Origin: Patellaria atrata CBS 101060
Lineage: Eukaryota
Assembly (NCBI GenBank): GCA_010093705.1
Contig: MU006103.1
Location: forward strand, 310,001-374,000
Length of the DNA stretch: 64,000 nucleotides
Direction: 5' to 3'
Part shown: piece by piece, positions 11,741 to 23,461 of the stretch
Layout: the number at the start of each line of letters is the position of its first letter
How positions within the stretch are numbered: the stretch's first letter is position 1
The notes under the pieces: generated by a model
What the model was told of the DNA's origin: nothing
What the model saw: the letters and a program-made list of their open reading frames with translations, nothing else
Database searches by the model: none
Translations under genes and position numbers: made by a program

Positions 11741-13134
11741 TCGTTCCACTAAATGATTCGAGCATCTCATCTCTTGTCTCCTTTTCTTCCATTTCCTTCC
11801 ACGCATTATGTCGTGTCGAGGTTGTTCTTTGCATGATTTGTTAGCGATTTTAGCGCCTTTGGGTGATTTTTTGATGACGATGATGATGGCAGGGTAAAGT
11901 TTGAGCAAAACGTGGATCCGGTTAAGTTAACGAGAGTGTTTGAATCTCAAATTGGACAAGTCGGTTGTGGGGTTTGTTAGATACCCCGATATATACCAGA
12001 AAATCCAGCGGAAAAAACATGTCTCCTCTTTCATGTTCTCTTTCTTGCTTTGGAGTCTGTTCGGGTTTGGTTTCTTCGCTCCGTTTCATTTCGGGAATGA
12101 TTCGCTCTTCCCGCAGCATGTATAGTAGATAGGATACGAGCTTGGGTTATCTGAGCACTTGGCAATATCATATGGTATGAAGAATGGAAATTATCTACCC
12201 GATGAAACTTTGTTCTTCACAATCATTCCTTTTAAGGTGCCTTTCATTGTGTAGTGTATAGGTCGTGGACCTTTGCCCGTTGAAGTGATGTGTCCTTTCC
12301 TTATTCTGGACGAGGTAACCACGGCTCTCATTGTAGCTTCCCCGTGGGCCTCCACAAGTTTATCCCCTTCTCTCTACCACTAAGGTATTTCGTCATGTAA
12401 GGGACTTCGACGGAATCAAAACCTACCATACCGTATCGTGTAGTCATAAGTCGGTGTAAACGGACCTCGATGCGGTATACTAACCACGTTTTTCACTGAA
12501 GAACACCAGGATTACCTCTCCATCCAGACGAATGGTTGCCCGAGGTTTTGTGTACGTATTGTGCCTCATTCTCACAGGTCACAAAGAACAAGACAGCACT
12601 CCCTCCGGTCAAGACAGCAGTCAAGCGGGTTATTGCGTACACTCCATTGGTGCACCTCGTTTAACCCAACACGAAGTAGTCACGTCCTAATGATGCTATT
12701 GAGCCAGACATGTAATTCGAGAGACTTGGGACGTGGAAGATTATAAGTTAGGAACGCTCTTGCTCCCATCCACACAATTTCAAACTTTTGTCCTCAAAAC
12801 CTGTTCCGTGCTACTCGAAATTTTCGAGAGAATCATACACGAGTATTTCACTAAGTTTCTTTCTTCCCCCTATTTTCAAGGACTGGAGGTCAATTCAAGT
12901 TTACAGATCACTTATAACCATTCTCGCTTTCTATACCGACATTCCTGGTTAATTAACATTTCCGTGTCACCTGTATGATCCTTCTCCTGGTTTTCGTACT
13001 TCCACCTGGTCCCTAGTCACTTCCTTTGTCAAATCACAACTGTACCTTCTCATCAGGATATCCTACATTTGTGGACAGTACCACCTTGTTTAGTTAACAT
13101 TCATCTTCTCAAATTCCGAACTAACCGAGACGAA

Positions 13135-13686
13135 ATGTCGTACTACAACTCGTCTCATATCTCACAAAAGCGGGAGAACATTGCTGTACGGACTCCTCTT
13201 CCTCAACTTACACCATCAGAATCCAGCTTGCCACTCGATAATCCAAGAGATCTTCAGGATATAATCACCGCATTACCACCCCTCAGGCGTTGCTCGAATT
13301 TCCCAACAACCCAGGAGACCGAACGTACATCCATACATACCCAGCAAGCGCCTCAGTCCCCCGTCTCATCTGTCGATACAGCGATGGAGTCCGCTGGTTC
13401 ATGGCCGCGTACCTCAGAGGAAGCGTATGAACGCCACATTCGGCCTGAGAAATGGTACTCTCGCACGACTGTGTCATCCCACTTGGAGATAGTGGAAGGC
13501 TCCACGACGACGTTGGAACAGCCCCGTACGGGATCGTGGGCGTCTAACAGTACCTCATGGTACGATTCGCTGCAGCCTCGAAGACGGCTCGGCAGCTGGG
13601 GATCGAGCATTGGGACAGCAGTCAAGTGGGTGGGACGAAGAGTTAGCTTTGGGAAAATGAAGGAGGTAATCGAGGCTATGGGATAA
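13135..13686 (+). CDS. Hypothetical intronless Ser/Thr-rich protein, about 183 aa
   Basis: ATG 13135 follows a pyrimidine-rich leader and is open to TAA 13686. No domain recognised. Confidence 0.45.
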   Translation: MSYYNSSHISQKRENIAVRTPLPQLTPSESSLPLDNPRDLQDIITALPPLRRCSNFPTTQETERTSIHTQQAPQSPVSSVDTAMESAGSWPRTSEEAYERHIRPEKWYSRTTVSSHLEIVEGSTTTLEQPRTGSWASNSTSWYDSLQPRRRLGSWGSSIGTAVKWVGRRVSFGKMKEVIEAMG

Positions 13687-14525
13687 GGGATGTAGCGTCA
13701 CCGTTAACCGACAATAGAATTCGAAGGACCAAGCATGACACATTACACCGGAGAGCCCAATCCTGTATCTGGACGGATACCGTTCTGAACTTCTGGAGTG
13801 CGATATGATTGCTTTACGGTACATACCTATGTCCATATGTTATGCTGAGCAGGTGATAGTACTTGGTAAGAATTTCTTTCCTCTCACAGGGTTGTCTAGT
13901 TCTCCTGACTGATACATCAATAGGACAGAACAAAACCATATGGGAAGGCTATTGGTAGATGGTTAAACTGGAAACGGGAATTAGAGACTGGGTACGAGCA
14001 TGAATGATGGCCCGTTATGATGGGATTCATCAAATACATTGACAGGGACGAAGAAGTTGCTCAGTCTTTCTTGATAACAACAGAGTAACTTGCGTACACT
14101 ATGTATGAGAACAAATAATATCAAGATAACAATCGCTACTACTTCTGCCCCATGAATCCCATTGTACTTGTGACGGAGAAATGCCCGTCCGATTACTCAG
14201 TCCAAGTGTGCTGTACAGATATATTAGTGGATAGATTTAGCTTGTTCATAGACTATTAAAGTTCTTTGTATTGAGTTTTGAGGTGTATGCGCGGTACAGC
14301 CTGTACGCTCGAGGACATTAATCTGGTGTACGACTTCGACGGGGAGCTGCTGCGAAAATTAGTTTGCTTGCTAAAAGGTGGAGTACTAGAGCTCGATGGG
14401 AGCGAATGAAAGGTTTGCAATTCTTCTAAGCGCGAGATCACATGTGCGCGCGTTACCGCGTCAGGGTCTGTGCTACATGCCCTACATTCTAACCTTTCAA
14501 CTGCACAATAAGAAGGGAATACAGC

Positions 14526-17146
14526 ATGCTGCAAACACAGAGCCCAGCGAAGCATAATCAAATACTTGGACAGTCAATCAAACATCCCAAGTCCCCGGAT
14601 TTCGGCGACATTAATGACTTTACTGTACCTCCCGCCAAACGCCTTAAACGAAACGACACGATTGACGACGATGAGCCTGTACCATCTTCACCTCGACCGC
14701 ACCCTCGGCAGATCCCAGGCTCTGATGCGGAAACCGAAATTGAGGATACCTCTCGGGTTGAAAATGCACAGAAGACGGATATTGAAACCGCCCTACCACC
14801 GGTAACGATTGACCAGGAAGCCATTGATGACTATGAGGTAAATGTCTGGACAGACCGAACTACAGAGAGACTTATTATGTCCCATGAAGAGAGAATGATT
14901 AGAAGATCTGAAAGAAAGCGGGGTTCTATATACGTCGACGCATTCAATTTGGCATTAAATACGGTACTGGAAGAAGAAAGCCACTTATTTGACAAAGCTG
15001 AGATGAAGGTTTTCGAAATATGGAGAGGACTAGATTACGAAACTCAATATTTGTGAGATTCCAGTAGATTCAGCGAACATATGAGTACTGAAAGTGGTAT
15101 AGATACGTTCGATTGTTTCTCCGAAAGACTTCGGCATGGCATAGGATTAATTCTCTTGGTTACGAAAATGACATAGGATACATGGGACAGGCCATAGCTG
15201 TTCTCCAAACGACTCGCAAGCTTCCCGTTTCTCTCACAGACGCAGATGACAATCCTGGCGAGCTAGAAGCACCAAAAGGTACTTCGCTTGAGGCAACCTT
15301 CAGATTTGCTGACAAGTCTGAAGAGGAAATTACGTCTCTTGAGGAGGCATCATCTCTGCTGAAGCTGGATGAACTCAAGGTTCTTGCGAAAGAAGCCAAG
15401 GTACAGGGAAGGAACAAAGCGGAGTTACTCAAAGCTTTACAGAACCATAGCAGGAGACAGTCCGGATTGGGTTGGGTTTGTCTTCGAAGGTCAGATACCG
15501 AGAGCTCGACACGTTCTACAGGTACCGCAAGAGAGGACTTTGAGGAGTCAATTAAAGATCAAAATCCTACACAGGAGAACCGAGACGACTATTTTATCCG
15601 TAAAATCATGCATGATATTACTGGACGTTGTATAAGACTTTCTCTTGCGCCTCTCAAGCTGTTCGAACGAGTTCATCTTGTATTTTATCGTTCTACTGAA
15701 TGGACCGAAAAGTCTCTGACCACAATCATTCTAGCTCAGATAGCGCGGCGTAACTTTCCAGAGTTTATAGTCTCCAGATCTGCCAATATATTCCCATCCC
15801 GAAGTCTGTTGCTCGAATTTGAGGCCGCTGTACGAACTCAGTTCCGGGTAGACAACATTCTCGAATTCAATGGACCGCCTTCACCAGCGCAATTACAGGA
15901 GATACTTGATATTTGCGACGAGGTATATCCTCGATGGAGGGCGCTCCTGAAAGAAGAACAGCAAAAGGAGGACGATGTTTATGAAAGTGGTGAGGGTGCA
16001 TATTTGCGTAGACTGTCACCAGCGTGGGTATACACACGTGTCTTACACAAAGGTACATCTATACATGCCAAACTTAAAAATTATAAGAAGGAGCACAAAC
16101 TTTTAGATGAGCTCCTTGCGCAGGGTCTGTTCCACGCCTCTCGTCGTGGAGCGTGGTATCAACGTAAAGCACTTTTAGAAGAACACTACATGCCTGCCCT
16201 GACACCAGCGGAGAACAGGAGCGATGACATGCAAGGGAAGTATTGGAGAAAAATTGCTTTACAGACATGTGAGGTAGGTTTGGAAGATAATCTTGTACAC
16301 ATTATATATCATTACGATCTTCAGAAGCGCGTTACGAAACTTGAAAAATCGCTCAAGATTCCAAAGCGGGCACAACACGATTTCGGCCACGTACGGTTAA
16401 CGAAACCTTCCGAAGTTACGATTGAAGGAACAAGAGTTGAGATGGACACGAGTTCTAAATCGGGACTTGGGCGTAGGAACAGCTCCCCACATCCAAACAG
16501 AAGGGGTGCGAAAACTATCTGGCTTGACCCTCTGGAAGACGAGGCAGAATGCAGTGTAGAAGCAATGTGCTTGTCACATTACAGATCCCAAGGCTGGAAA
16601 GGGTATCATTGTGAAGGTAGCATCGTTCGGACCTTGTTTGGTTACCTCTTTTACGACGTTCTCTTCACATATATCCCGAATGTCTTTCAAACTCCTTACC
16701 AAACTTGTCCGTTAGATTTACACACCGATGCGTTCTATCCGAGTAGACTCTCGGAAATCAACCACCGTCTTGCTGAGATAGCGAACGGGGAAGCAGAGAC
16801 GATCATCAAGAGAGTCTGGGATGAGCATGCAGAAAGAAAAACCTGCATTGTTGGATTGGACTGGACGTATGCGCTTGAAGACCTATTGGAGATCGTCAGG
16901 TTGTTTGACGGTCAAGCTCTAGGTACTATCTGCAAGGTAATAGCACAAGATTATGGGCAACGAGGTGGTGGAGTACCGGACCTGTTCCTTTGGCATATGG
17001 AAAGGAGAGAAATCATGTTTGCTGAGGTGAAGAGTGAGAATGACCGGTTGAGTGATACACAGAGGCTTTGGATACATGTGTTGACCGGTGCGGGGATTAG
17101 GGTTGAACTGTGCAATGCTGTTGCAAAGAAGGTTATACATAGGTAA
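14526..17146 (+). CDS. fan1: Fanconi-associated nuclease 1 (SAP-like, TPR and VRR-NUC domains)
   Basis: Intron 15053-15102 restores YLYVRLFLRK. C-terminal VRR-NUC motifs GWKGYHCEG, GGVPDLFLW, FAEVKSENDRLSDTQRLW. Start codon uncertain. Confidence 0.93.
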
Positions 17147-17472
17147 CACAGTCTCAATTGGAGATTTTCAACCTCTGAAGCTACTTGGTGTCGTGGCATA
17201 AGGTAAACACTTTGTGCGTTGTTACTAAAGTGATCTTTCAGTTAAAGTCTAAGAACAGCCTGCAACTAGGTACGTCACTCCAACTTCTATAATCCACGCA
17301 TTGTCTCTGTATTACCCCCGCTTATGGTTCTTCGAGTCCTATACTTATATCCCATTCTACTGCAGATCACCAAATACATGCTTGCGTGAGAGAATCCTAC
17401 AGGCGCTTTAGATTGAAAAGACTCCCTCCATCAACGTCACAACTTTAGTACTGTCGAGCATTATCCTTTCCG

Positions 17473-17871
17473 ATGGCCTCCGTTATATCAGCAAATGTCT
17501 GTTACAAGCTTGTTTTCTTCGTACCTTCCGCCTCTTTGAATACTTGCAAAACAGCCATGATTGCTGCAGGTGCAGGTCGCTTCCCGGGACCAGGTAGTTA
17601 TACCGAATGTTGTTGGACAACTACAGGTACAGGGCAATTCCGTCCAGGAGACGCTGCAAAGCCACATATCGGAGCTTTGGGTCAACTAGAACAGGTTGAA
17701 GAGGTGAGAGTTGAAACTCTGTGTGTTGGCGAGGAAGTTGCTAGAGAGGCAGTTAATGCATTGAAGAAGTGAGTTTTGTCGTTGATATGGTTTCATTGGT
17801 CTAATGATTTGTTTAGAGCTCATCCGTATGAGGAATCGGCGTATGAAATGTACAAGCTGGAGGATTTCTAA
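17473..17871 (+). CDS. Small NIF3/YqfO-type PII/CutA-like domain protein
   Basis: YKLVFFVP...AAGAGRFPGPGSYTECCW..GTGQFRPG..A.PHIG.....EQVEEVRVE. Intron 17769-17816 gives the hallmark AHPYEE.AYE, stop 17869-17871. Confidence 0.88.
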
Positions 17872-18033
17872 ACCTGGATATTGCAGTGTTTAGGCCAACC
17901 ATACTGTAGCGGTGACCTTGGTTGGAAGTTCTGACTCTTCAACCACATGTGTATCAACCATCCATAATCTTTCTATACTTCCGTTAATATCTCCCTATCC
18001 TTTTGCGACTAGCACAGTAGATACAGAGTTGCA

Positions 18034-19206
18034 ATGGCTACATCGAATATTTCATTACTTTCCCTCCCAAAGGATATTCTCATCGCTCTCCCAGAATACC
18101 TCCACGACATCGAAGATTTCAAAAATATCTCCTCGACCTGCCGCGCCCTGCGTTCCCTTTTCTCCAAAACGCACCCGTCAACGATATTCCACCTCGCCGT
18201 CGCCGCCAGCCGGATCTTCTTCCGTCCATCCCCCGAATTCCTCGTCGCAGCCGTGTCCCGCGAACTAGGCGACTGGGCCAGACAATCCCCGACCAACGCT
18301 GCCCTCCTCAAAGCAACACTCAAAGAAGGCAACCAAGGCCTCCTCTCCCTCGCCCTTAAACACACGCCCGGCATCAGCATGTCCCGCGTCCGCGCCCTCC
18401 ACATCCTCCGTTTCTCAGCCATCAACCCCACCGCCGACCTGATCGACAAATGCGTCGGAAAGCAATGGTACGCAACCCCCAACTTCTGGACCGGCGGCGT
18501 CGACGACGCTTACACCATCTACGCTGACCCGGACCTCGGCGTCTTCCACCTCGCGACCTACGGCGGCCTCTTCGCGGGGGATTTCGACATCTTCCTCGAC
18601 CCGGCGCTCCCACCCGAGGAGAAAGAAGCGCGGATGCTGGGCGTCGATACGAGGCTCGAGTTCGTCAAATACTGCATCCCGGACGCCATTTGTATCGAGG
18701 GCTTGGACGCGGCGAACGATATCAGAGACGACTCCGCCTTCCTCGATCCCCGCCGCAATGTCGACCCCGTAGGCCCGTACGCCGCTTTTGCCGCGCTGGG
18801 GGAGGGGTATGGACAGGGCTTTGATTTTAGGACGCAGAACCAACTCGCGCTCTTGCATACGTTGCGCAGTCGGCGCTTCCGCCACCCGTGGAAGGCCGTC
18901 AGGGACCTCGTGGGCGGGGACTTCGAGGAGGAGCGCAGTCTGGCGCGTGGGCGGGAGGAGGATCTGCTGGGGTGGCGGCAGGAAGTTTGGGAGGCTATTG
19001 TTCTCACGCAGGGGCTGGAGGGGTTGGGGATGCTGTGGGGGGCCGTGGAGAACTGGAGGGGACGGTTGGAGGAGTGGAGGCGGAGGGTGCAGGGGTTAGA
19101 TGCCATGCCGCGGAGGGTTGAGGTCGGGTGGCAACATACGTGGGAGTATCCGCTGCTGAGGGGCGATTTGAGGGTTGTTACCAGTGGGCATGTTCTTGGG
19201 ACTTAG
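18034..19206 (+). CDS. F-box-like domain protein, 390 aa, intronless
   Basis: N-terminal SLLSLPKDILIALPEYLHDIEDFKNISSTCRALR fits an F-box pattern. Long ORF with strong codon bias. Confidence 0.8.
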   Translation: MATSNISLLSLPKDILIALPEYLHDIEDFKNISSTCRALRSLFSKTHPSTIFHLAVAASRIFFRPSPEFLVAAVSRELGDWARQSPTNAALLKATLKEGNQGLLSLALKHTPGISMSRVRALHILRFSAINPTADLIDKCVGKQWYATPNFWTGGVDDAYTIYADPDLGVFHLATYGGLFAGDFDIFLDPALPPEEKEARMLGVDTRLEFVKYCIPDAICIEGLDAANDIRDDSAFLDPRRNVDPVGPYAAFAALGEGYGQGFDFRTQNQLALLHTLRSRRFRHPWKAVRDLVGGDFEEERSLARGREEDLLGWRQEVWEAIVLTQGLEGLGMLWGAVENWRGRLEEWRRRVQGLDAMPRRVEVGWQHTWEYPLLRGDLRVVTSGHVLGT

Positions 19207-19380
19207 GGGGTTATCCTTTTTCTTGGCGGTGAGGGGGATAAGGGGATCTGATATGGCGGAGACATCTTCGGTACGGTAATTGAGCGGTAGACGGCTTCAT
19301 GTCCCATCGAAAATCTGGTTCAATCCTAAAGTAGCAACCCCAGGGATCGGTGCCAGCTTGACAGAAAGATCTGCTTGACA

Positions 19381-19400
19381 TAACTTAACTTAACTTAACT
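19381..19400. repeat. (TAACT)4 microsatellite
   Basis: taacttaacttaacttaact. Confidence 0.8.
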
Positions 19401-19800
19401 ACCCGTGATCAGCAGGACCGCTCTGCCTATCGCAACCTTAACTCCCACACCAACCAGCTAATAGCTTCCCCGTCAATTTCGCCCTCGGTCGGGTCGGATG
19501 TGGGTTATTTGTTACTCGAGGGAGTGCACAGTACGGAGATTTTGGTCGTGATGGCGTTGCGAAGTCAAGACTTCGATGAAAACTAGAGGGAAGCTCGAGA
19601 ATTGGGGAAGTCTGGTCTTTTCTTTAGTATATCGATATGAACTCGATTGCGAACGAGTTTGAGGTGAGACCGAGAGTTTCGATCGAAACTTCTTATTTCA
19701 AGTCGGGAATAGGGGGTTATTGATACCGTTTCGCACGCCATCACTTCCACGCTCACGAGAAAACATAAGATAAATAAACCATTTATTATCCTAACAATCA

Positions 19801-22229
19801 TCACTCCTTCGCCTCATCCCCATCCTGTCTCCCCCGTTCCCTCTCCACATCCTCCCTCTTCAAAATCCTAATCTTTCCTCCCTCCCCTCCCTCCCCTCCC
19901 TCCTTCCCCTCCCTCCCCTCCTTAACCCGTTCCTCCCAGCGCTCTCCCAAACTCCTATCCCAACTGCTGGGATCAACGCCCAAAATACCGCCGACATTAT
20001 TCCTATCGCCCGGAACGCTAAACTCGCGAAAAGCGTAACGCCACTCATTGAGAAAACCGCGGACGGCCTTACCGACCTTGTCCTTGCCGTTTTTGGAGTG
20101 GTGGCCTGTGCCCGTGATGGCGTAGAGGGGGCGCGGGGAGGACTGGTGGGTGAGGAGGATGGAGGAAAGGTAGGTTACTGCTTCTTCGGGGTGGAGGCCT
20201 GAGCGTGGGGTGTTAGTATAGGTTGGAATATTCTTTATGAATCTTGTATGGTGGATGATGGTTGCGAAAGTTGACATACCATGTAAATCGACGTATAGTT
20301 CACGCGCATTCGGTCCTTGATCCTTATTCCGCTCTTCGTAAAGGCAGCGCGCGGCTTCGCGGTGAGCTTCACGCATGAGGTTGTTCTCAGCTTGGCCGCG
20401 GAGACTGAGCGCTTTGGCGGCACGGGAGTCGTTGCGGTTCCAGGCTTGAGCGGCACTGACTTCAACATCAGCATTCCAGTTGATATTATGATGTAATCAC
20501 AATCACTTACCTTTGTAAGAACTTGTTCCTCAACCCACCGTGCTTGAAGGCCTCTTGTCTCGCTTTCAAATATTGCTTGTTAGCACCCTCACCAGTCTCA
20601 AGCCAAGGCACGTGTTCGGGAGCCGGAATAGCTAATGCGGCAGTGCTGTTTTCTCGGCTTCCCGAAAAGCCCTTGACAGCTTTAATACCTTTGCGCAATT
20701 GAGCAGGACTCGGAGAAGGAGACTGGCGCACAAGGTCTGCTAAAGTTCCTGGAATACTACTGTTTTCTTTGTGAGCGTGGCCATGCCCTCCTCGTTTGCC
20801 GTGATGTCTCTTTCCGCCTTTACTTGCGGCAAGTGAAGAGAGCGAAGGGAACACTTCATTATCATCGACCGGGGGAATTGAAGGAGTCGGAGCTCTCGAA
20901 GTATGGCGGCTGGTAGGCCTGGAATGAGGACGGCTGGATATATTAGGGGTGAACACTCTATTCGGAGTGAGACCTGGTGGAGGGGCGACGGGACCACTTG
21001 ATCCATATAATTGCTCGAGAGGTGTCAATTCCTGAGAACCCGGACTTGACCATGAATTATTGTTTAGAGGCGAGTTTAGACTCGGGAAAGACTCGTAGTC
21101 CTGCAATTGAAAATTCGGTTGCACTGTCTGTGTCGGAGGAGTTGATGCACCCTCGATCATCATACGGGCCATTAGTGTGGATGGATCGTGAGAGAACATG
21201 CAAGTTTCACCCGCTAGGCAATTGCCCATCATCCAATATCTGAACAGGTTAGCATTCAAATGAAACCAAGTAAAACCGGAACAATACTCACTTGCAGACG
21301 GTCTTACTAGGATCATGGCTGAACCTGCAGTCTGCACGAGCACAGTGGCCCGTTGATAGCCAATATTTACACAACACGTTGGTTTTCGCCTGACTAACAG
21401 GAGTCGCAGGTCTAAAGGCCGGACTCATGGATTTGCCCACTACAAAGGTCTTCTCTTGTTCTGCAATGCTAGCTGGCAAAGATGAGGGATCGAAGCCCTG
21501 ACCATTCATTAGTTCCATAATCGTAGCACTCAGATCATATGCATTGGATTCCAAAGCTTTCTCTATATCTTCATTGGACCGCTCGTCACGAAGTATAGAA
21601 CGTAGCATATCGTAAGGACTCATGTCGGCCGTGTATGGTTGTACCCATTCTGCGGCTGCACCGTTAAGTGTCCCATCTCCAGCGAATGAGGATGAAGCAT
21701 TGCTGGCAGTGTCATCATTGACCAGCCAATCAACGTTGTCACTACCATAGTCTCCGTATATTTCTGGAGTTGGATGCGGAGACTCGCTGAATTCGTAGGC
21801 ATTCAAACTAGGACTATGTGGAATATGCGGTGTCGAAAACGTAGGTCGCGGAGAAGGTCTAGGTGAGGTAAAGGGAGAGGCGGTCGAGGACTTAGCCCGG
21901 ACGAAGCCTGGGGGTGCAACCCCAAAACCAGGAGGGGGGGCAATTGTTCGAGGAGAAGATGCTAGAGGTGTAGGAGCTCGTGCGACCTGCCATGGAGCGG
22001 GCGATGGGCGTCTAATGACCGTAACTCGACTCGGTGGCGGGGACGTGGATGGAGTTGCTGAACCGCGATATCTCCATAACGCATCAAGGACGGCATTCTC
22101 AAGAGCTTTGCCGGTGAGTTGCGTCTCTTTCTGTATAATTTCCTCCAGCTTCTCAGGCTTATCATCCTCTTCTATCTTCTCATCCTGCAACACCGGGAGA
22201 CAAATGTCGAAAATGTCGTCAGACAACAT
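19801..22229 (-). CDS. CCCH zinc-finger, DUF1771 and Smr domain protein
   Basis: Exons 22229-21292, 21239-20511, 20455-20280, 20198-19801. Two CCCH fingers (CKYWLSTGHCARADCRFSHD, CKYWMMGNCLAGETCMFSHD), AAQAWNRND..AAKALS.RG, and Smr motifs VDLHGLHPEEAV...YAITGTGHHS. Confidence 0.92.
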
Positions 22230-23461
22230 GGCCGCGACAGGCGTGAGATGGTAAGGCTTGGGGCGGCTGAAGGAGGATTGTCAGGATAGTGTTAAGGTAT
22301 AGAGAAGATATCGTATGGATCTAGTAGTGAATCGCGGTCCCCTTGGCACGTCATTCGTAGTTTCGGATCTTTGTTTGAGGAGATAGTCAAATAGTAGAGT
22401 TGGAAAGGACGGTGGGTGAGGTGGTAGGAAGGGGGTGGCATGCAACAGCTAGGTAAGTGAAGGTCCAGTCACAACGGCTAACTGCTTAAGTCCGAAAACG
22501 AGTGCTTAACAAAGGGTTGCGTGCATTGTCGATAGTAGAAATTGATATAAGTATATAAATAGATAGATGGGGTGTACGAGGTTGATCAAACCCGCCAAAA
22601 GATACGGACCTTGGGAGTTCAGGTGTCAGCGTCCAGCTGTGGTCCCCTTGGTCAATCACTTTTTAGATACCTAATCCAGCCCTACACAAGCGGCATCGTT
22701 ATTATTGTGGGGATATGGGGAAAGACCCAGCCCTGAGCGGCGACATTTTAGACGGAGAAGCCTTGAGACCAAACAAGCTCATCCTTCCAAAGTCATATAC
22801 TCTATGGTCTCAGGAGACTTGGGCGAGTTCGCAATATTTCACATTGCAGTATCAATTGGTGTCCCAAAGTATCAACTCATCAGCACGCCCCTGGTAGAAG
22901 GTACTATAGAAGCTGACTGGACATTTATCCTGGTAAATGCCAATACTGTCTCCAACATACATTCGATGTGGCCTACTATATACTTGCGTAATACTTGGTT
23001 CTACAACACTGGGAACGTATTCGTCTGTGTATTGAATAACTCGACTCACGGCTGCTGCTCCATACAGTATGTGTCGCACGATGGTAAGCAAATACGTATA
23101 AAGGCGGCGTCGGATAATCTTTTCTAATTCTATCAAAACATCCGCTCCAACTATGGAAATTTATAAAGTCTTAAAAGTACATCCTGCTGAAACGACATAG
23201 CTGTAGCTGGAAATAGGACAGCCATATTTTGGTCCCACTACTCTTGGGTGGTATCATGCAAAACTCCCAATCCCATATCATTATCCCCCGCCACCCTATA
23301 ACCAATTCACCTGCTTATATCTAACGAGCAAGCGGAATCGCCTGTAAATGCAATCCAACCGTAAGGGTTGGATAAGTACTATAAACCCGGCTTCGTCATG
23401 CGTCCTAACTCCCGTGGTATCTCGTACAGCCATTGAAAGGAAAAAACGTAGGTGATAAAGA

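Noticed and set aside
22705..23136. ORFs on both strands between the Smr gene and snt2
   Set aside because: No credible start or family motif. A decayed gene is possible but unsupported.
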